DNA of 32,000 nt from Alkalilimnicola ehrlichii MLHE-1 (GTDB lineage Bacteria; Pseudomonadota; Gammaproteobacteria; Nitrococcales; Halorhodospiraceae). The stretch lies in NCBI RefSeq assembly GCF_000014785.1, contig NC_008340.1, positions 60,001-92,000 of the forward strand, in the 5' to 3' direction. Positions 1 to 8,617 of this stretch are shown one piece after another; positions within the stretch are counted from its first letter, which is position 1; the number at the start of each line of letters is the position of its first letter. Both the position numbers and the translations under genes were made by a program. The notes under the pieces are model-generated. The model was not told the DNA's origin and made no database searches. It saw only the letters and a list, made by a program, of their open reading frames with translations.

Positions 1-1389
1 GTGCTGGCGCCCCTGTCAGCGGACCGGGTCGCCGGTCAGCCGGTGGCGGAGGACCCGGATTACGCCTGGCTGGACGAGGAGCTGATAAAGGTCGGCTCCC
101 TGCAGCACGGCGGGATCGACTGGGCGGGCGCCGAGCGCCGGGCGATCCGGTTGCTGAGCGGGCTTGGCAAGGACCTCCGGGTGCTTGCGCACCTGCTCCA
201 TTGCCTGCAGCGGGAGGGCGACGCCACGCGTTTCGAACTGGCGCTGCTGCTGTTGCAGCGTTGTCTTGGCACCTGGTGGTCCGAGGCCCACCCGGCGCCC
301 GGGGACCGGGGGAGTCGTTGGCGTACCCGCCTGTTCAGCACCATCGTCCGGCGGGCGGCCGCCCTGGCGGAGGGACTGGAGGGCGCTGCCGCGCCGACCC
401 TCCGTCGGTGTCGGCATGCTGTCGATGGGCTGCGATCGGCAACGCAGGATGCCGGCCTGTCTCCGCACCCCCTGGCTGAACTGGACCAGGCGCTGGTCCG
501 CGTCACTCCGGCGCCTCGCACAGCCCCGCCGGCGGACGACCCGGGACAAGGCGAGCAGGCGCCCCGGCATCAGCCGCCCGCCCCGGAAAAGCCGTCGGCC
601 GGCGCGCGCATTCCGGAACTGCGGCCGGGCAACGAGCGAGCCAACCGCGAGGCCCTGCAGCGCGTGGCCGATCACCTGAACGACCAGAGCCCGGACCACC
701 CGCTGGGTTACCGGTTGCGCCGCTATGCGCTCTGGCGGTCCATCGACACGCTGCCCCCGGCCCGGGATGGTCAGCGCACCGAGCTGGCGCCTATGGCCGC
801 GGACCTCGCGGCCCGCTACCGCGAGGCCGTTCAGGGCCGTGGGGATCACGCCCTTTGGGCCCGCCTGGAACAGAGTCTGGCGGTCAGTCCCTTCTGGCTG
901 GAGGGCCATCGCCTGAGCGCCGAGATGGCGCGGCAGCTGGGCCATGAGCCCTGCGCCAGGGCCATCCGGGAGGAGACGGCCCATTTCATCGCCTGCCTTC
1001 CCGGTCTGGTGGACCTCCGGTTCAGTGACGGCAGCCCCTTCGCTGACGAGGCCACCCGGTGCTGGCTGGCAGAAGAGGCCGCCGCCGGGATTGCACAGAA
1101 CGGGGCCGGTGAACCCTGGGACCGGGCCCTGGCCGAAGCCCGGGAAAGCCTGGCGGAGGACGGACTGGCCGCGGCATTGGAACGGCTGGATCGCGGCCTC
1201 GCGGCGGCCGGGTCCCCGAGGGCATCCGCCTACTGGCGCCTGGCCAGTGCCGATCTGTTGCACCACGCGGGCCTACAGGCCCTGGCGCACCAGCAGTACC
1301 AGGCCGTGCACAGTGTCGTACGGGGGCTGGCACTGGAGCGGTGGGAACCGCACCTGGTCAAGCGCCTGGAGGCCATCGGTCCCCGGTGA
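1..1389 (+). CDS. tssA: Type VI secretion system protein TssA/VasJ-like (ImpA N-terminal domain); true start may lie upstream of the window
   Basis: N-terminus LAPLSADRVAGQPVAEDPDYAWLDEELIKV...GIDWAGAERRAIRLLSGLGKDLRVLAHLLHCL is ImpA_N-like; directly upstream of tssM. ORF is open from base 1. Confidence 0.82.
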   Translation: MLAPLSADRVAGQPVAEDPDYAWLDEELIKVGSLQHGGIDWAGAERRAIRLLSGLGKDLRVLAHLLHCLQREGDATRFELALLLLQRCLGTWWSEAHPAPGDRGSRWRTRLFSTIVRRAAALAEGLEGAAAPTLRRCRHAVDGLRSATQDAGLSPHPLAELDQALVRVTPAPRTAPPADDPGQGEQAPRHQPPAPEKPSAGARIPELRPGNERANREALQRVADHLNDQSPDHPLGYRLRRYALWRSIDTLPPARDGQRTELAPMAADLAARYREAVQGRGDHALWARLEQSLAVSPFWLEGHRLSAEMARQLGHEPCARAIREETAHFIACLPGLVDLRFSDGSPFADEATRCWLAEEAAAGIAQNGAGEPWDRALAEARESLAEDGLAAALERLDRGLAAAGSPRASAYWRLASADLLHHAGLQALAHQQYQAVHSVVRGLALERWEPHLVKRLEAIGPR

Positions 1390-1424
1390 GCACACCTCGA
1401 AAACCAATGCAGGAAGCAGAACGA

Positions 1425-4400
1425 ATGTCGGACAAGGCAAGGAATCGCGTGGCAGGACGCCTGCGCGGCACCATGGGCAGCGTAACGGGAGGGCGGGTCA
1501 GCCGCTATTCGGGGTGGGTGGGCGCGCTCCGTCGCGGGTGGCCCTGGGTCGTGGGGCTGCTGGGGATAGCATTGCTGGCGGTGGTCTGGATCTGGGGGCC
1601 GGCCTGGCAGATCGGTGGCGCCCGGCCCCTGGCCCCCTGGCCGAACCGGCTGCTGGTCATTCTCTGCGCGGTGCTGGTCGTGCTGGTGATTATTGGGCTC
1701 CGCCTCAGGGCCCGCCTGCGCGATGCCGAACCCCCCCGCGACGAGGCTGAGATCCCCGACCCGGTGGCCCAGGCAACCGCCGGGCAGGAGCAGGGCCTGA
1801 ATCATTGCTTGGACCAGTTGCGGCGCCAGCGCGGGCGCCACGCCCTGCAGGCATTGCCCTGGTACCTCGTGCTGGGTCCGGAGGGCAGCGGCAAGACCAG
1901 TCTGGTGCAGCGCTCGGGCCAGCGCTTTTCACTCACCCGGAGCCTCCACCCGCAGGGCGGTGAGGCCTCGGATAGCGGGCTGCGCTGCTGGGCCAGTGAC
2001 CGGGCCGTCACGCTGGAGCCCGGCGCCGCCTGGCTGTTGCAAGGGGGGTGGGACAGAGACGGTGCGGATGCCCTGAGCGCCTCCCTCTGGCAGCACCTGG
2101 TCGGCTGGCTGCAGCGGCGTCGCCCCCGACGGCCGCTCGACGGCGTGCTCCTGGTGCTGGACCTGTCCCGGCTCACCAGCGCCGGCGCCCGGGACGACTG
2201 GGGCGATGCCCTGCGCGAACGCCTGCAGGAGCTGACCACGACCTATCAGAGCCGGCTTCCGGTCTACGTGGTCTTCAGCCAGATGGATCGGTTGTACGGC
2301 TTTGACGCCTTCTTCCGGCACGCTGTCGGTGATGCCCGCTGCGAGCCATGGGGCTTCTCCTTCAGCGCCGGCAGCCTGGCCGACCCGGACGCCTGGGAGG
2401 AGGAGTTCACCGGCGCCTACCGACGCATGCTCGGCCGCATCGAACGGCAACTGGTCGCATGGCTGGCCGCGTGTCGTGATCAGGGCGAACGGGAGGCCCT
2501 TTTCCGCTTCTCCCGACAGCTGGCCGGTCTCGAGCCCCTCCTGAGCGAAACCCTGCAACGGGTGCTCGGCAGCCGGCGTTATGCCGTTGAACCGCTGGTG
2601 CGCGGGGTGTACTTCGCCTCGCTCGGCCAGCAGGGGGTGCCCATCGATGCCTTTGCCGACGCGGCCACCGCCCGCTATCGCCTGCCCGACCTGGTGCACC
2701 GTGCCCGCCGCAATGGCCAGCAGTCGCTGGCCTGGTTCTCGGAGCGGTTGCTGCAGCGGGTGGTCTTCCCCGAGGCCGGCCTTGCCGGGGACAGCCTCCG
2801 CTTCGTCCGCCGCCGGCGTTGGCTGCGCGGTGCCGGCCTGGTGTTCTCCCTGGCAGGGCTGAGCGGATTGGTCATCGGCTGGGGGCACTACTATCAGCAC
2901 AATCTCGTGGCCCTGCAGGCCGTGGAGGCGAGGGCGGAGGCCCTGGCGGACCTGCGACCGGCGCAGGAGCACCTCGACGACCCCAGCGGCCAGCACCTGG
3001 TGCCGGCGCTGGATGAGCTCCGCGAGGTCGCCGGCGTCTTTGACGGACCCCGCGGGGCGTGGGCAGGCCTGGCGGATATGGGGCTCTACCAGGGGCACAG
3101 GGTCGGTGATGCCATGGACCAGGCGTACCTGGACGCGCTCCGCTACCGGTTCCTGCCGGCCCTGATGCTCGGCATTGCCGACGAGATGAACACGCTGGCA
3201 CCGGGGAGCGAGGAGCAGCTCGTCCGGCTCCGCGTCCTGCGCATGCTCGCCGATGCCCGCGGACGGGAACCGGATCGGGTGCGGGACTATATGGCCGATC
3301 GCTGGCAGGCGCTGTTGCCCAACCGGGGGCGGCTGCAGGGCCGGCTGCTGGAGCACCTGGACCATGCCCTCGTCCATACCGACCTGGCGGGCCGGCAGGC
3401 GCACGATCCCCGCGCGGCGGCCGCGCTGGCGCCGGTGGCCGGCAGCATCCGGAAGGCCCAGCAGGCGTTCTCCCGCAGTCCGGTGGATGAGCGGGTCTAT
3501 ACCCTCCTGAAGCGCCGCGGGCAGGACCGAGCCGGTGGCGGCGTAAGGCTGGACCGCAGCGTTGGGTCGGGTTGGGGCACGGTCTTCCGCGCCGATGACG
3601 ATGATCCGGACGGGGTGACCGTATCGCCGCTGCTGACCCGTGACGGCTTTGAGCAGGTCTTTCTCGGAGAGTTGGACGGCGCCACGGTCCTCGCCCTGAA
3701 CGACCTCTGGGTGCTGGGCGAGCGGGACGACCCGCAGTTCAGCGAGCGCGACGAGCAGCGCTTGCGGGAGGCCCTGCGTGAGCAGTATGTGGCCGACTTC
3801 CACGCCGGTTGGCGCCGAGCCCTGGGTAACATCCATCTCACCGATCTGGAGAGTATTCCCCACGCCGTGATCGTCATCGACGCGCTGCTGGGGGGCGGCC
3901 GTCCGCTGGAACGCCTGCTGGCCGAGATCGAGCGCCACACCCGACTCTACCCCGAACTCCCGGTGGATGACGACGTGGCCCGGGACCGGCTCAGGGGCTC
4001 GTCGCGCTACCGGCTGGCCGGGAAGCTGGCCGCGCCCTTCCAACCCCTCCACGCCCTGCATCGGAAGGGGGAGGAGGCGGACGGCGATCTGGCCGCCGTC
4101 CGGGCCGCACTGGGGGCATTGCGAGACCATCTGCGGGCGGTGGAGCAGTCCAGCGAGCCGGGGCGCATCGCCTACCGTCACGCCCGCAACCGGCTACTGC
4201 AGGACAGCGGGGATCCGGTGGACCGGGTGGAGCGGCTGGCCGAAGAGTTGCCTGCCCCGTTGGATGGATTCATGGCGGGTATCGCCGAGCAGAGCTGGCG
4301 GCTGATCAGTGGTGAGGCCATCCGGTACCTGGAGCAGCAGTGGCTGGACGAGGTGATTGCCCCGTTTGAGGCGGATCTGGCCGGCCGTTACCCGCTGGAA

Positions 4401-5042
4401 CCGAACGCCCGGCGGGAGGTGGCGCTGGAGGACTTCGAGCGCTTCTTTGCGGCGGGCGGCACCCTGGACAGCTTCTTCATGGACAAACTGCAGCCCTTCC
4501 TCGACGAGGCCCCGGAACTGCTGGAGGGGCCCGACGGGCGTTCGCTGCTCAATCCCCGGTTGCGGACGGCGCTGGAGCGGGCGGAGCGGATCCGGGAGGC
4601 CTACTTTGGCCGGGACGGGCTGCTGGATGTCGGTTTCACCCTGGCCCCGGTGAGCCTCAGCGGTGACAAGCGGCGTAGCGTGCTCAACGTGGACGGGCAG
4701 ATTCTGGAGTATCGCCACGGCGCCCCCCAGCGGGTCGCCATGCTCTGGCCCAACAGCCTGCGTCAGACCAATGAAAGCGGGATCACGCTGGTACCCGACC
4801 GCGTCAACCGTTCGCCGCGCAGCGAACGCCACCAGGGGGCCTGGGCCTGGTTCCGCCTGCTCGACGAAGCCCGTGTGGTGGCGGTGGGCGAGCGGGAGCT
4901 GCGGCTCAGCTTCCAGGTGGATGGCGGGGAGATGAGCTACCGCCTGACCGCGGACCGGACCCGCAATCCGTTCACCCGGCCGCTGACCCGGGGGTACACG
5001 GTGCCTGCCACCCTGTACCGCAACGGGGTCGGCGGACGCTGA
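1425..5042 (+). CDS. tssM: Type VI secretion system membrane protein TssM/IcmF
   Basis: About 1205 aa with N-terminal TM segments, Walker A GPEGSGKTSL, Walker B-like VLLVLDLSRL, and IcmF-like C-terminus. Start chosen at MSDKAR with upstream aggaag; the ORF track opens at 1341. Confidence 0.93.
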   Translation: MSDKARNRVAGRLRGTMGSVTGGRVSRYSGWVGALRRGWPWVVGLLGIALLAVVWIWGPAWQIGGARPLAPWPNRLLVILCAVLVVLVIIGLRLRARLRDAEPPRDEAEIPDPVAQATAGQEQGLNHCLDQLRRQRGRHALQALPWYLVLGPEGSGKTSLVQRSGQRFSLTRSLHPQGGEASDSGLRCWASDRAVTLEPGAAWLLQGGWDRDGADALSASLWQHLVGWLQRRRPRRPLDGVLLVLDLSRLTSAGARDDWGDALRERLQELTTTYQSRLPVYVVFSQMDRLYGFDAFFRHAVGDARCEPWGFSFSAGSLADPDAWEEEFTGAYRRMLGRIERQLVAWLAACRDQGEREALFRFSRQLAGLEPLLSETLQRVLGSRRYAVEPLVRGVYFASLGQQGVPIDAFADAATARYRLPDLVHRARRNGQQSLAWFSERLLQRVVFPEAGLAGDSLRFVRRRRWLRGAGLVFSLAGLSGLVIGWGHYYQHNLVALQAVEARAEALADLRPAQEHLDDPSGQHLVPALDELREVAGVFDGPRGAWAGLADMGLYQGHRVGDAMDQAYLDALRYRFLPALMLGIADEMNTLAPGSEEQLVRLRVLRMLADARGREPDRVRDYMADRWQALLPNRGRLQGRLLEHLDHALVHTDLAGRQAHDPRAAAALAPVAGSIRKAQQAFSRSPVDERVYTLLKRRGQDRAGGGVRLDRSVGSGWGTVFRADDDDPDGVTVSPLLTRDGFEQVFLGELDGATVLALNDLWVLGERDDPQFSERDEQRLREALREQYVADFHAGWRRALGNIHLTDLESIPHAVIVIDALLGGGRPLERLLAEIERHTRLYPELPVDDDVARDRLRGSSRYRLAGKLAAPFQPLHALHRKGEEADGDLAAVRAALGALRDHLRAVEQSSEPGRIAYRHARNRLLQDSGDPVDRVERLAEELPAPLDGFMAGIAEQSWRLISGEAIRYLEQQWLDEVIAPFEADLAGRYPLEPNARREVALEDFERFFAAGGTLDSFFMDKLQPFLDEAPELLEGPDGRSLLNPRLRTALERAERIREAYFGRDGLLDVGFTLAPVSLSGDKRRSVLNVDGQILEYRHGAPQRVAMLWPNSLRQTNESGITLVPDRVNRSPRSERHQGAWAWFRLLDEARVVAVGERELRLSFQVDGGEMSYRLTADRTRNPFTRPLTRGYTVPATLYRNGVGGR

Positions 5043-5197
5043 TGGTCCGTGCCGGATGGCGATGCGGGCCGGCGGACCGGGCCAGATATTGCAAGCCGGC
5101 CAGGTTTGGCCCGGGTTCATGGCAATGATTGGCCCGGTCAGCCGGCAGGCCGCTGGGGCAATTCCGCAGGTGGTTGTTTGGCAACCATTCGTCCCGA

Positions 5198-5224
5198 TTG
5201 TCGTGCCTGGCATGACAACTGCAA
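5198..5224 (+). promoter_or_regulatory. Candidate sigma54 promoter (TGGCATG-ACAA-CTGCA, GG-N10-GC) with overlapping imperfect palindrome upstream of hcp
   Basis: TGGCATGACAACTGCA at 5208-5223; palindrome TTGTCGTGCC-T-GGCATGACAA at 5198-5218 (9 of 10 pairs). About 60 nt before the hcp start. Confidence 0.7.
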
Positions 5225-5284
5225 TAGCTGGCTGTCCCTGCGGGGATCGAACCCATTAACCCCATCACAGAAGGAAGGGAATCC

Positions 5285-5803
5285 ATGCCAACACCTTGCT
5301 ATGTCAGCATCCAGGGCCAGACCCAGGGCAACATCACTGCCGGTGCCTTCACCCCCGACTCCGTGGGCAATATCTACGTCGAGGGCCATGAGGACGAGAT
5401 GCTCGTTCAGGAGGTCAAGCACGTGGTCACCGTGCCCACGGACCCCCAGTCGGGTCAGCCCTCGGGCCAGCGGGCGCACAAACCGCTGATCCTCACGGTG
5501 GCGCTCAATAAGTCGGTGCCGCTGCTCTACAATGCCCTGGCCGCCGGCGAGATGCTGCCCGAGGTGGTACTGCGCTGGTATCGCACCTCCACCGACGGCA
5601 AGCAGGAGCATTTCTTCACCACCACCCTCACCGATGCCACCATCGTGGACATCGACCTCACCATGCCCCACGCCCAGGACACCGCCAAGGCCGAGTTCAC
5701 CCAGCTCATGGACGTCAGCCTGGCCTACCGCAAGATCGACTGGGAGCACACCGTCGCCGGCACCTCCGGTGCCGACGACTGGCGCTCTCCGGTGGAGTCC
5801 TGA
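5285..5803 (+). CDS. hcp: Type VI secretion system tube protein Hcp (TssD)
   Basis: 172 aa, MPTPCYVSIQGQTQGNITAGAF...EGHEDEMLVQEVKHVV...KPLILTVALNKSVPLLYNAL; strong RBS aaggaaggga. Confidence 0.95.
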   Translation: MPTPCYVSIQGQTQGNITAGAFTPDSVGNIYVEGHEDEMLVQEVKHVVTVPTDPQSGQPSGQRAHKPLILTVALNKSVPLLYNALAAGEMLPEVVLRWYRTSTDGKQEHFFTTTLTDATIVDIDLTMPHAQDTAKAEFTQLMDVSLAYRKIDWEHTVAGTSGADDWRSPVES

Positions 5804-5810
5804 CCGGACG

Positions 5811-5831
5811 CGGGGCGCTATCGGCGCCCCG
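5811..5831 (+). terminator. GC-rich hairpin directly 3' of hcp (possible attenuator or 3' stabiliser; no long T tract)
   Basis: CGGGGCGC-TATCG-GCGCCCCG, 8-bp perfect arms, followed by ttcc. Confidence 0.45.
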
Positions 5832-5889
5832 TTCCATTCCCAACAGGACGTACCCGTGACCAGGGACACGCTTACAGGGAGGTTTTGCC

Positions 5890-6189
5890 ATGAGCCGCCA
5901 AGTCATGCTGGTCGGCGACAAGGACACCGGCCACGGCAGTTGCCCACCGACCGCGATCACCTCCGGCAGCCCCACCGTGCAGATCAATGGCCGAGCGGTC
6001 GCACGCCAGGGCGACCCGCTGGCCCCCCACCGCAAACCCAAAGGCTCGACCCACGGGCGCCACATCGCCAGTGGCGAGCCCACCTGCCTGGTGGACGGCA
6101 GACCCATCGCCCTGACCGGCCACCCCGTCAACTGCGGCGGAAGCCTGGTGGCCGGGGCTGGGCAGGGGGTGACCGTGGGTTCCGTGTGA
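5890..6189 (+). CDS. PAAR domain-containing T6SS spike-tip protein
   Basis: 99 aa, GDKDTGHGSCPPTAITSGSPTVQINGRAVARQGD...PTCLVDGRPIALTGHPVNCGGSLVAGAG; RBS gggagg. Confidence 0.88.
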   Translation: MSRQVMLVGDKDTGHGSCPPTAITSGSPTVQINGRAVARQGDPLAPHRKPKGSTHGRHIASGEPTCLVDGRPIALTGHPVNCGGSLVAGAGQGVTVGSV

Positions 6190-6335
6190 TCGGTTTTGCG
6201 GGCTTTCAGCTGCCTACACCGGCAAGGCCTTTGCACCTTGAGCTGACAAGCGGGTATTTCTTCTCCGATGGGACGGGCACCGCGGCGCCCGCCACGCTAA
6301 GTATTGGCTTTGATATTGGGGTGACACCCGTTTGA
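6186..6335 (+). CDS. Small uncharacterised ORF (49 aa, GTG start) between PAAR gene and exported protein gene; may be real or a C-terminal gene remnant
   Basis: Reads (V/M)IGFAGFQLPTPARPLHLELTSGYFFSDGTGTAAPATLSIGFDIGVTPV; shares GTGA with the PAAR stop and TTGA with the next gene's start. Confidence 0.4.
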   Translation: MIGFAGFQLPTPARPLHLELTSGYFFSDGTGTAAPATLSIGFDIGVTPV

Positions 6336-6931
6336 AGAGATTGTTTCTCCTCCTGCTTCTGGTCTCTTGGGGCGCATGTGCCGGAGACCCGGATACGCCT
6401 GAGGCGAATCCCGAGACGTATGTCGCGCAGGCGACCGCGATCCTCGTCGAGGGCAGGGGGAGCGAAGCGGCTCGCACCCGTGCTCTGGACGTTTATGATG
6501 TTGCAGTCTCGCGTTTCCCGGATGATGCACGGCTGTTGTTGAGCAGGGCGCAGTTGCTGGCCAAACAACAACGATATGAAGCTGCCCGGGAGGACATGGA
6601 TCGGGCACATACCGCAGATTCATTGCCTGTCGAGGCAAAGCTGTTTCGCTGCATGCTCCACGAGCGATTGGCGGAAGCCCGACCAGAGGCTGTTCTTCCC
6701 TGTTATCGCGAGGTCCTGCATTTGTACGAACAGCGCCTCCGGGAGACGCCGGCTGCGCCCGATGCAAACCACGTATTGAGTGCACTACTGGCGGAGTCTG
6801 ATGATGCCGAGATATTACTTCAGCGCTTCACGGAAGAGGCCGACCCGATCCAGCAGGACCTGTTCGGTGAGGGTTTTGAACTCCGTGCATTCGATCGCAC
6901 CGAGTGGATAAACCGGCTCTTTCCCGAGTGA
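6332..6931 (+). CDS. Small exported (possible lipoprotein) helical/TPR-like protein downstream of T6SS PAAR
   Basis: TTG start; signal sequence-like MKRLFLLLLLVSWGACAG; helical repeat-like ALDVYDVAVSRFPDDARLLLSRAQLLAKQQRYEAAREDMDRA. Confidence 0.72.
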   Translation: MKRLFLLLLLVSWGACAGDPDTPEANPETYVAQATAILVEGRGSEAARTRALDVYDVAVSRFPDDARLLLSRAQLLAKQQRYEAAREDMDRAHTADSLPVEAKLFRCMLHERLAEARPEAVLPCYREVLHLYEQRLRETPAAPDANHVLSALLAESDDAEILLQRFTEEADPIQQDLFGEGFELRAFDRTEWINRLFPE

Positions 6932-7015
6932 CAAGTCGACAGACCCTGGTTTGACGCCACCCCGCTGCAGGCTGAGGGGGTTCCCGCCGCCGCGCCTCTG
7001 CGCTTTAATGGGGGT

Positions 7016-7855
7016 ATGAAAGTCCGTTTCACCAAGATGCAGGGGCTGGGCAACGACTTCGTGGTCATCGACGCTGTGCGCCAGCCCGTCGAGCCCAGCC
7101 CGGAGCAGATCCGCCACATCGCCGACCGCCGTTACGGCGTCGGCTGCGACCAGGTCCTGCTGGCGACACCGGCGCGGCGCAGCCAGGCCGATTTTGGCTA
7201 TCTCATCTTCAACCCGGACGGCAGCCAGGCCGAGCATTGCGGCAACGGGGTGCGCTGCCTGGCCCGCTTTCTCGATGATCGCGGCCTGGTGCCCGCCGGC
7301 CGCCACGAGTTGGTGATCGAGACGATCAACGGCCTCTCCCGGGTGCGTCTGTGCGACGACGGTCCGGTCACCGTGGACATGGGGGCGCCGGTGCTGGAGC
7401 CACCCCACATCCCCTTCCGGGCGCCCAGCCGGGCGCGGGAGTACGAGCTGGAGGTGGAGGGCCAGGTGGTGCGCCTGGGTGCGGTCTCCATGGGCAATCC
7501 CCACGCCGTGCTGCGGGTGGATGACGTGGACAGTGCGCCGGTGGAGACCTTGGGCCCGGCCATCGAATCCCATTCCCGCTTTCCGCGCCGGGTCAATGTC
7601 GGCTTCATGCAGGTGCTCACCCCGACCCACATCCGCCTGCGGGTCTACGAACGGGGCGCCGGTGAGACCCTGGCCTGCGGCACCGGCGCCTGCGCCGCGG
7701 TCGTCTCCGGGCGGCTGCGCGGCTGGTTGGAGGAGGCGGTGGACGTGGACCTGCCCGGCGGACGCCTCGTGATACACTGGGCCGGCGACGGTGAACACGT
7801 CTGGATGACCGGCCCGGCGGAGACGGTATTCGAGGGGGAGATCCGTCTCGATTGA
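7016..7855 (+). CDS. dapF: Diaminopimelate epimerase
   Basis: [20 protein letters not shown]...[10 protein letters not shown]...[14 protein letters not shown]. Confidence 0.97.
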   Translation: MKVRFTKMQGLGNDFVVIDAVRQPVEPSPEQIRHIADRRYGVGCDQVLLATPARRSQADFGYLIFNPDGSQAEHCGNGVRCLARFLDDRGLVPAGRHELVIETINGLSRVRLCDDGPVTVDMGAPVLEPPHIPFRAPSRAREYELEVEGQVVRLGAVSMGNPHAVLRVDDVDSAPVETLGPAIESHSRFPRRVNVGFMQVLTPTHIRLRVYERGAGETLACGTGACAAVVSGRLRGWLEEAVDVDLPGGRLVIHWAGDGEHVWMTGPAETVFEGEIRLD

Positions 7856-7912
7856 CGATCGGGGCCGCGGGACTCTTGCGCCGGCAGCGCGCCGGCTTTG
7901 GGGCATCAATCT

Positions 7913-8611
7913 ATGCAGCAGACCAATCCTGAACCGCAGCTCACCGACGAGGACGTGGCCGCCTGGCTGGAGGCCGATCCGCAGTTCCTGTTGCGCCATC
8001 CCGGCGTCATGCGCCGGCTGGAGCTGCGCCACGATTGCGCGCCGGCGGTCTCGCTGATCGAGCGCCAGGTGCAGCTCCTGCGCCACGACAATGAGCGGCT
8101 GCGCGCGGAGCTGAAAGACCTGCTGGCGGTGGCCCGCTACAACGACCGGATCGGTGCCCGTCTGCACCAGCTCACCCTGGAGCTCATGCGCGCTGACGCC
8201 CTCGGTGCGGTGGTGGAGGCCTTGCGGGCCGGGTTGCGCGAGGGCTTCCAGGCCGATGCGGTGGCGCTGCTGCTGCTCGGCGAGCCGGAACAGGCCGGGG
8301 CCCTGCCGGTGCCCTGCCTGCCGGAGGACGACGATCGGCTCGCCTGTCTCAACAGCTTCATCATGGATCGCCGTCCGCGCTGCGGTCGGATGCAGCCGGA
8401 GCAGCTCGAACGGCTGTTCGGTACCAGCGCTGCCCGAATCAACTCGGCGGCCATCGTGCCGTTGATCGCCGAGCGGGGGGTGCAGGGCCTGCTCGGGATC
8501 GGCAGCCACCTGGCCGACCGCTTCCACGAGGGCCAGGGTACGGTCTACCTTGGCCAGTTGGGCAGCCTGGCCGGCGAGGCGCTGGCGGCGCACCGCCGCC
8601 GCGACGCCTGA
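7913..8611 (+). CDS. DUF484 family protein
   Basis: DEDVAAWLEADPQFLLRHPGVMRRLELRH...AVSLIERQVQLLRHDNERL, and located between dapF and xerC. Start taken at ATG 7913; track opens at 7898. Confidence 0.88.
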   Translation: MQQTNPEPQLTDEDVAAWLEADPQFLLRHPGVMRRLELRHDCAPAVSLIERQVQLLRHDNERLRAELKDLLAVARYNDRIGARLHQLTLELMRADALGAVVEALRAGLREGFQADAVALLLLGEPEQAGALPVPCLPEDDDRLACLNSFIMDRRPRCGRMQPEQLERLFGTSAARINSAAIVPLIAERGVQGLLGIGSHLADRFHEGQGTVYLGQLGSLAGEALAAHRRRDA

Positions 8612-8617
8612 TCCGCC

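Noticed and set aside
1929-4181. Long minus-strand ORF (750 aa) opposite tssM
   Set aside because: Codon-mirror ORF in GC-rich DNA; product is Pro/Gln/Gly-rich and repetitive, while the plus strand is a clear TssM.
5049-5489. Plus-strand ORF covering the tssM-hcp gap and start of hcp
   Set aside because: Overlaps hcp in another frame, Arg/Ser/Pro-rich, and no homology-like motif; the gap is better explained as a promoter region.
7880-7899. GCCGGC-AGCGC-GCCGGC hairpin followed by TTT after dapF
   Set aside because: Short arms and only three Ts; GCCGGC pairs are expected often in this composition.
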